Source: a bacterium
GTDB taxonomy: Bacteria > UBA6262 > WVXT01
Direction: 5' to 3'
DNA: 15,207 nucleotides
Assembly (NCBI GenBank): GCA_046759165.1
Contig: JBHIBS010000033.1
Location: 1 to 15,207, forward strand
Part shown: positions 6,644 through 12,488 of the stretch, one piece after another
Layout of the letters: each line of letters starts with the position of its first letter
Position numbering within the stretch: position 1 is the stretch's first letter
Notes under the pieces: generated by a model
What the model was told of the DNA's origin: nothing
What the model saw: only the letters and a program-made list of their open reading frames with translations
The model's database searches: none
Translations under genes and position numbers: made by a program

Positions 6644-7330
6644 ATGAGACAATGTGTTGTAGTTGGTTTGGGAACTTTCGGTGCCTCTGTAGCTAAGACT
6701 CTTGTTGAGAAAGGTTGTGAGGTTCTGGCGATTGACGAAGATGAAGAGAAAGTTAAAGAGATATCTGAGATCGTTACACAAGCAGTGCAGGCCGATGCAA
6801 CCGATGAGAAGACTTTACGCTCCCTCGATGTGGACAAAATGGATATAGCGATTATCTCTACTGGTGAAAATATGGAAGCAAGCATTCTGACAACTCTGCT
6901 GATGAAAGAGTTAAGGGTCAAAACTATTGTGGCTAAAGCTGTCTCCCCTTCTCATGGAACTGTGCTACGCAAAATTGGCGCAACTCGCGTGGTCTTCCCT
7001 GAAAGGGATACGGGAGTTAGACTTGCGAAGAGCCTTGCTACCCCGGACATTCTGGAGCACATAGCATTATCTCCAGAATATAGTATCATGGAAGTTCATG
7101 CTGCAAAAAGTTTTATCGGCAGGACTCTAAGAGAGATCGATGTGCGGGCAAAACATGGAGTGAATATAATTGCCATTAAGAGGAAACTTCCTTATTTGAC
7201 CGAGACAGGGGAGTCCGATTTTAAAGAAGAGATTCTGATTACTCCAGAAGCAGATGAAGAAGTTGTCGATGGTGATATTCTATTGGTTCTTGGGCCTAAT
7301 AAGAAGATAGATAATCTGAGAAATTTATAG
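6644..7330 (+). CDS. ktrA: TrkA/KtrA family RCK regulatory subunit
   Basis: Rossmann motif VVGLGTFG; VAKA...H...L.KIGA..VVFPE; C-terminal RCK_C region (GVNIIAIKR, GDILLVLG). ATG 6644 is preferred over GTG 6635 because of the SD-like GGGGGTG at 6631-6637. Confidence 0.92.
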   Translation: MRQCVVVGLGTFGASVAKTLVEKGCEVLAIDEDEEKVKEISEIVTQAVQADATDEKTLRSLDVDKMDIAIISTGENMEASILTTLLMKELRVKTIVAKAVSPSHGTVLRKIGATRVVFPERDTGVRLAKSLATPDILEHIALSPEYSIMEVHAAKSFIGRTLREIDVRAKHGVNIIAIKRKLPYLTETGESDFKEEILITPEADEEVVDGDILLVLGPNKKIDNLRNL

Positions 7331-7386
7331 AAGAAGAGTTAGATTTCTGGAATCGTCGGGATGCGACTTTGGGAGGGTAATCTGAG

Positions 7387-7707
7387 ATGTTTCAAGAGGA
7401 AAAGAGAGATTTTAATAAGCTTGAGGCAAAGATTGCCAAAATAAAAGACCGAAAAGAAAAAGTAGAAAAACTTATTGAATTGGGCAAGTTCTACTTCCTA
7501 AACGAGAAATACAATGAAGCAATTAGCAAGTTCAAAGCGGCAGCTAAAATTGACGAAAATAACGCCGAAATTTACTACAACTTAGGTATCGTGTACGAAA
7601 GCAAGAACTTGCCCGAGGAAGCCAGCCAGATGTATATGAAGGCGCTGGAACTCAATCCCGGTCATCACTTAGCCAGCAAACATTTGGAAAAAATAGTGGG
7701 CCAGTGA
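7387..7707 (+). CDS. Small tetratricopeptide repeat protein
   Basis: About two TPR motifs (LIELGKFYFLNEKYNEAISKFKAAAKID; IYYNLGIVYE...EASQMYMKALELNP); SD GGGAGG. Confidence 0.85.
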   Translation: MFQEEKRDFNKLEAKIAKIKDRKEKVEKLIELGKFYFLNEKYNEAISKFKAAAKIDENNAEIYYNLGIVYESKNLPEEASQMYMKALELNPGHHLASKHLEKIVGQ

Positions 7708-7721
7708 TGTAGGAGATAGAA

Positions 7722-8741
7722 ATGGTAGATAGAATAGAACGGTTAGGAAGATTATTTAGGCAAGAGATTGCGAAGATAGATACTCCAGAAGAATTAGAGA
7801 AATTGAGGATTAAGTACTTGGGAAGAAAAGGTCTATTTACGGAGATTTTTGAGGTCATCAGAAGCCTGCCGCCTGAAGAGAGACCGAAAGCCGGGCAACT
7901 TGCCAACCAAGTTAGAAATGAGGCGTTTGCTGAATGGAGTAAGAAGGAAAAGGAGATAGAACTAAGGAGAGAAGAGGTAGAAGAGGAGAAAAAAGTAATT
8001 GATGTTACTTTGCCAGGTAAAAAATTCAGTTTAGGCAGGAAACATCCGATTACTTTAACCCTGGATGAGATTAAAAATATATTTGTCTCTTTAGGATTTC
8101 GCATTGTGGGTGGTCCAGAAGTGGAGACAGAGTATTATAATTTCGAAGCTCTCAACATGAATTTAGACCATCCAGCAAGAGATATGTGGAGCACACTTTA
8201 CATAGGGGAAGGTGTACTTTTGCGCACCCATACTTCTCCGGTTCAAATCCGGGTCATGGAGAGGCAGTCTCCTCCTCTAGCTATCATTGCCCCTGGCAAA
8301 TGCTACCGCCGAGATGCAATTGATGCTTCTCATTCGCCAATGTTTCACCAGGTGGAGGGACTTCTTGTTGATGAAGAGGTCAGCTTTGCCAACTTGAAGG
8401 GAGTTCTCACTCACTTTTTGCATCGAATGTTCAGTCCTGAGACTAAAGTTCGCTTTCGACCCAGTTTTTTCCCCTTTACAGAACCGAGTGTGGAGGTTGA
8501 CATTCAATGCGTTATCTGTGGCGGTACTGGCTGTTCTGTTTGCAAACAGAGTGGATGGCTAGAAATTCTGGGTGCCGGCATGGTCAATCCTAAAGTCTTT
8601 GAGTTTGTGAATTACGATACCAAGAAGTACACTGGCTTTGCTTTTGGCATGGGTGTAGAGAGGATTGCCATGTTGAGATATGGTATAGACGACATGCGCT
8701 TGTTCTTCGAAAATGACCTTAGATTTTTGAAACAGTTTTAA
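7722..8741 (+). CDS. pheS: Phenylalanine--tRNA ligase alpha subunit
   Basis: YLGRKG, HPI, YNFEALN...HPARD, LLRTHTSPVQIR, SHSPMFHQVEG, RFRPSFFPFTEPS, CxxC...CxxC insert, GFAFGMGVERIAML and FFENDLRFLKQF. Confidence 0.98.
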   Translation: MVDRIERLGRLFRQEIAKIDTPEELEKLRIKYLGRKGLFTEIFEVIRSLPPEERPKAGQLANQVRNEAFAEWSKKEKEIELRREEVEEEKKVIDVTLPGKKFSLGRKHPITLTLDEIKNIFVSLGFRIVGGPEVETEYYNFEALNMNLDHPARDMWSTLYIGEGVLLRTHTSPVQIRVMERQSPPLAIIAPGKCYRRDAIDASHSPMFHQVEGLLVDEEVSFANLKGVLTHFLHRMFSPETKVRFRPSFFPFTEPSVEVDIQCVICGGTGCSVCKQSGWLEILGAGMVNPKVFEFVNYDTKKYTGFAFGMGVERIAMLRYGIDDMRLFFENDLRFLKQF

Positions 8742-8806
8742 ACCGCCAAAAATTTCTAGAATTAGAATTAAAAGATAGTGTGTTCATCTCTAAGGAAGAT
8801 ATGCTC

Positions 8807-9073
8807 GGGATTTGGTTCGCTAGCTGAGAATTTTTTGCTCTTCGAGCACTGCCTGTCATTGCCAGCGACTCAAAAGGAGCGTGACAATCGACCCAAAGGG
8901 TCGTTGCGAGCCCTGAAGGGGTGTGGCAATGTCTACAATAAAATGGGATTCCTTCGCTTTCGCTCGGAATGACACTGCGTGTCAGATTGCTTCACTTCGT
9001 TCGCAATGACAATTCGTATCAAGTCGCTTCGATTTTTGGCTAAAAATTCTAACGCTGGCTACACCAAATTCCC
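8807..9073. mobile_element. Nested non-autonomous palindromic element(s): outer imperfect inverted repeats around a doubled GTCATTGC...GCAATGAC core
   Basis: Outer arms 8807-8838 and 9039-9073 (GGGATTTGGT/ACCAAATTCCC, GCTAGC/GCTGGC, AGAATTTTT/AAAAATTCT). The inner element is bounded by TGTCATTGC (8854-8862) and GCAATGACA (9003-9011) and has two left halves and two right halves. There is no transposase, so mobility is inferred. Confidence 0.65.
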
Positions 9074-9177
9074 ACGTATTCAAAAGGGAACGTGAAGGCA
9101 CGGCGAAGTTTTGCTTTATAAGGGAATGGTCGTGGACTTCCTGAAGTGAATATCTTGTTTCGAGGTGGAGTGTTGTT

Positions 9178-10515
9178 ATGGTAGATGAAAAGGAACTTTT
9201 GTCTAAAGCCAGCCAACCAGCAAAAGAAGCGATGAAACTGCATCCCTTTTATCGGGGGAAAATTAAGATAGTAGCAAAGTGCTGTGTGAGAAATTTTGAT
9301 GATTTCGGAGTCTGGTATACTCCCGGTGTAGCAGCGCCTTGTAAGGCTATTTATGAAGACAAAAATTTAGTCTACAGCTACACCAACAAATGGAATACGG
9401 TGGCCGTTATTTCTGATGGAACTAGGGTTTTGGGTTTGGGAGACATCGGCCCGGAAGCAGCTTTGCCTGTCATGGAAGGGAAGGCGCTCCTGTTTAAGTA
9501 CTTGGGAGGTGTAGATGCTTTTCCTCTCTGTCTGGATACCAAGGATCCGGAAGAGTTCATTCACACTGTAAAGTTACTGCAGCCGGCTTTTGGCGGTATA
9601 AACCTTGAGGATATTGCTCAGCCAAAATGTTTTGAGATACTGCGCGGCCTTAGAGAGGAATGTGAGATTCCTGTCTGGCATGACGATCAGCAGGGAACAG
9701 CTGCTGTAACCCTAGCTGGTCTAATTAATAGCCTTAAAATCGTGGGCAAGAAAATAGAAGAAGTGAAGATTGCAATGGTGGGAGCAGGGGCAGCTAATAT
9801 AAGTATTGCCAGGATCATAATTGCTTATGGAGCTAACCCAGAAAATATTGTTATGTGTGATAGTAAAGGAGCACTCCATAAGAATAGAAGCGAACTCAAG
9901 AAGACCCACAGAGAGAAGTGGGAAATTTGCGAAAAGACAAATGTTGAGGGAAGGACTGGTTATATTCCTGAGGTTATGGAAGGCATGGATGTTTTAATTG
10001 CACTATCTAAACCTGGCCCGGGCGTGGTTAAGAAGGAGTGGGTTGCGAGGATGGCTAGGGACCCCATAGTTTTTGCATGTGCGAATCCTATTCCTGAAAT
10101 CTGGCCCTGGGAGGCAAAAGAAACAGGAGCAAGAGTCGTTGCCACTGGACGTTCGGACTTCCCCAATCAGGTAAACAATTCCCTTGGCTTTCCTGGCATT
10201 TTTCGAGGGACTCTGGATGTGCAAGCAGAGACCATAACTGATGAAATGTGCATTGCTGCAGCGAAAGAACTGGCAAAATGTGCTGAGGAAAGAGGACTCG
10301 ATGAGGAGTATGTGATTCCTACCATGGAGGAGTGGAAGGTCTATCCTCGTGAGGCAGTAGCAGTGGGAATGGAAGCTATTGTTCAAGGAATAGCACGGGT
10401 CAAGTTGAGTAAAGAAGAACTATACAAGAAGGCCTCAGATACCATCCGTATTGCCAGGGAAGAAACGAAATTGTTAATGAAGGAAGGGTTTATTCCTTTG
10501 CCACAGGAGAAATAA
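9178..10515 (+). CDS. NAD(P)-dependent malic enzyme (short form, no PTA domain)
   Basis: YTPGVA, SDGTRVLGLGDIG, MEGKALLFK, GGINLEDI, HDDQQGTA, GAGAA, ANPIPEI and TGRSDFPNQVNN. Confidence 0.95.
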   Translation: MVDEKELLSKASQPAKEAMKLHPFYRGKIKIVAKCCVRNFDDFGVWYTPGVAAPCKAIYEDKNLVYSYTNKWNTVAVISDGTRVLGLGDIGPEAALPVMEGKALLFKYLGGVDAFPLCLDTKDPEEFIHTVKLLQPAFGGINLEDIAQPKCFEILRGLREECEIPVWHDDQQGTAAVTLAGLINSLKIVGKKIEEVKIAMVGAGAANISIARIIIAYGANPENIVMCDSKGALHKNRSELKKTHREKWEICEKTNVEGRTGYIPEVMEGMDVLIALSKPGPGVVKKEWVARMARDPIVFACANPIPEIWPWEAKETGARVVATGRSDFPNQVNNSLGFPGIFRGTLDVQAETITDEMCIAAAKELAKCAEERGLDEEYVIPTMEEWKVYPREAVAVGMEAIVQGIARVKLSKEELYKKASDTIRIAREETKLLMKEGFIPLPQEK

Positions 10516-10528
10516 CAAAGCAAGAAAG

Positions 10529-11371
10529 ATGAGAGAGATCACTTCAGAAGAGGTTACCAGAGCAGTAGAAAGTCTCTGTATCTCCTCAAATTGTGGTTTG
10601 AGCGAGGATGTCTGGAAAGCCCTTAGGGAGAATTTAGAAAACGAGGAATCTCTCGTGGGGAAAGAAGTACTGGAAGAGATTCTGGAGAACGATCGGATGG
10701 CTGAAAGGGAGAAGCTTCCAATGTGTCAGGATACGGGTTTCACAGTAATTTTTGTGGAAATGGGTCAAGAGGTTAGGATTACCGGAGGAGATTTCTACGA
10801 AGCAATTAATAGAGGAGTAAGAAATGGTTATAGGAAGGGATACTTGAGGAAGTCGGTAGTTGGAGATCCACTCCGACGCAATAATACAGGCGATAATAGT
10901 CCTGCCTGGGTGCATATAGATATTGTTGTTGGAAATAGACTTAAGATTTCAGTTATGCCCAAAGGAGCCGGTAGCGAAAATATGTCAACAGTAAAGATAC
11001 TCTCTCCAGCTGAAGGAGTTCAAGGGGTGAAGAAATTTGTGTTGGATTGGGTGAGGGAAAGAGGAGCGAATGCCTGTCCGCCGCTTGTAGTAGGAGTTGG
11101 AATTGGTGGCACTTTCGAAGGTGTGGCAAGACTGGCCAAGAAAGCGCTCTTGCGTCCAATAGGTTCAAAGAATTCTGAACCTTTCTATGCTGAAATGGAA
11201 GAAGAGCTCCTTAGAGAGATAAACAATTCGGGCCTCGGTCCCCAGGGGCTGGGTGGCTCTACTACTGCTTTAGCTGTTCACATTGAGACTTATGCCTGCC
11301 ACATAGGCAGTCTACCTTTAGCTATAAATCTGCAGTGCCACGCTGTCCGGCAGGGCACAATAGTCTTATAG
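10529..11371 (+). CDS. Class I Fe-S fumarate hydratase (tartrate/fumarate family), alpha subunit
   Basis: PMCQDTG, GYLRKSVV, NTGDNSPA, PKGAGSEN, ACPP..VGVGIGG, GPQGLGG and NLQCHA (Fe-S cysteines). Confidence 0.93.
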   Translation: MREITSEEVTRAVESLCISSNCGLSEDVWKALRENLENEESLVGKEVLEEILENDRMAEREKLPMCQDTGFTVIFVEMGQEVRITGGDFYEAINRGVRNGYRKGYLRKSVVGDPLRRNNTGDNSPAWVHIDIVVGNRLKISVMPKGAGSENMSTVKILSPAEGVQGVKKFVLDWVRERGANACPPLVVGVGIGGTFEGVARLAKKALLRPIGSKNSEPFYAEMEEELLREINNSGLGPQGLGGSTTALAVHIETYACHIGSLPLAINLQCHAVRQGTIVL

Positions 11372-11380
11372 AGAGGCTCT

Positions 11381-11971
11381 ATGGCCAACCCTACCAAACT
11401 TGAAACGCCATTGAATGAAGAAACGATAAGTAAACTGAAAATAGGAGAGAGGGTTCTATTGAGCGGAATAGTCTATACAGCTAGAGACCAGGCACATAAG
11501 CGCCTATTTGATGAATTGGAGAGGGCCAGGAGAGAAAATCGCCAGCCTAATTTACCCTTCCCCCTGAAGGGACAGGTAATCTATTATGTTGGTCCTGCTC
11601 CGCCCAGACCGGGAATGGTAATTGGCCCGGCTGGACCTACTACCAGCTGCCGAATGGACGCCTACACTCCCATTCTATTGGAGAAGGGATTAAAGGGAAC
11701 AATTGGAAAGGGTAGGCGTGGTAAGGATACAATTGAAGCAATGAAGAAGTACAAAGCGATCTATTTTGTTGCTGTGGGCGGGGCCGCAGTGTTAATTTCC
11801 AAAAAGATCAAAAGGGCAGAGACAATGGCTTATGAGGACCTAGGTCCTGAAGCCATCTATCGTCTGGATGTGGAAGATTTTCCGTTAATTGTGGCTAATG
11901 ATGTCTATGGCAATGACCTTTTTGACGAAGGCATAAAGAAGTACCGAAAAGTTACCCGCCAGGGAGAATAG
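11381..11971 (+). CDS. Class I Fe-S fumarate hydratase (tartrate/fumarate family), beta subunit
   Basis: YTARDQAHKR, IYYVGP, GPAGPTTS.RMD, IGKG, GGAAVL and EDLGPEAI; directly follows the alpha subunit. Confidence 0.93.
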   Translation: MANPTKLETPLNEETISKLKIGERVLLSGIVYTARDQAHKRLFDELERARRENRQPNLPFPLKGQVIYYVGPAPPRPGMVIGPAGPTTSCRMDAYTPILLEKGLKGTIGKGRRGKDTIEAMKKYKAIYFVAVGGAAVLISKKIKRAETMAYEDLGPEAIYRLDVEDFPLIVANDVYGNDLFDEGIKKYRKVTRQGE

Positions 11972-11973
11972 AA

Positions 11974-12330
11974 ATGTTGCGAATGATGTGTAAATCGAAG
12001 ATTCAGCAGGCAACCGTCACTGAGACGAACTTACAGTATGAAGGAAGTATCGCTATTGACAGAAATATAATGGCTAGGGCAGATATTCTTCCCCACGAGA
12101 TAGTTCTTATAGTCAACTTGAATACAGGAGCCAGGTTTGAAACCTACGTGATTCCTGCTCGCAAGAATTCAGGAGTAATCGGCTTGCAAGGAGGAGCAGC
12201 AAGGCTGGGAGAAGCGGGAGATAAACTAATTATTATTTCTTACGGATTTGTTGAGGAGGCAAAAGCAAAGGTTCATAAGCCTAAGATAGTCTTTTTGGAT
12301 GAAAAAAATAGACTTACGAAAGGCAAGTAA
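11974..12330 (+). CDS. panD: Aspartate 1-decarboxylase (pyruvoyl proenzyme)
   Basis: K9, the Y-E-G24-S25 self-cleavage site, R54/T57/Y58 (GARFETY) and GD.LIIISY; length 118 aa. Confidence 0.9.
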   Translation: MLRMMCKSKIQQATVTETNLQYEGSIAIDRNIMARADILPHEIVLIVNLNTGARFETYVIPARKNSGVIGLQGGAARLGEAGDKLIIISYGFVEEAKAKVHKPKIVFLDEKNRLTKGK

Positions 12331-12453
12331 TTTTCTTACCCGTTTTACAAAACTTATAATTCGACTGTAATTCCTTGCCTAGTTGGAAACAGAGTTTAGA
12401 AGCCAGCATAAAATCCCCAAAAGTTCTCGACGCTAATGGCCGAATTTTAATGG

Positions 12454-12482
12454 TTGAAATTTGGCCTATTTTTTTATATACT
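12454..12482 (+). promoter_or_regulatory. Sigma70-type promoter for polA (probably gives a leaderless transcript)
   Basis: TTGAAA (12454-12459), 17-nt spacer, TATACT (12477-12482); the ATG begins 7 nt after the -10 box and has no SD. Confidence 0.68.
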
Positions 12483-12488
12483 TAAAAT

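Noticed and set aside
7331..7721. PheM-type attenuator or T-box for pheS
   Set aside because: pheS follows the TPR gene by 14 nt; no Phe-rich peptide or T-box motif is visible.
8778..9243. Two 64-aa ORFs (8778-8972 + and 9049-9243 -)
   Set aside because: They lie in palindromic repeat DNA or overlap malic enzyme, and show no protein features or PheT similarity.
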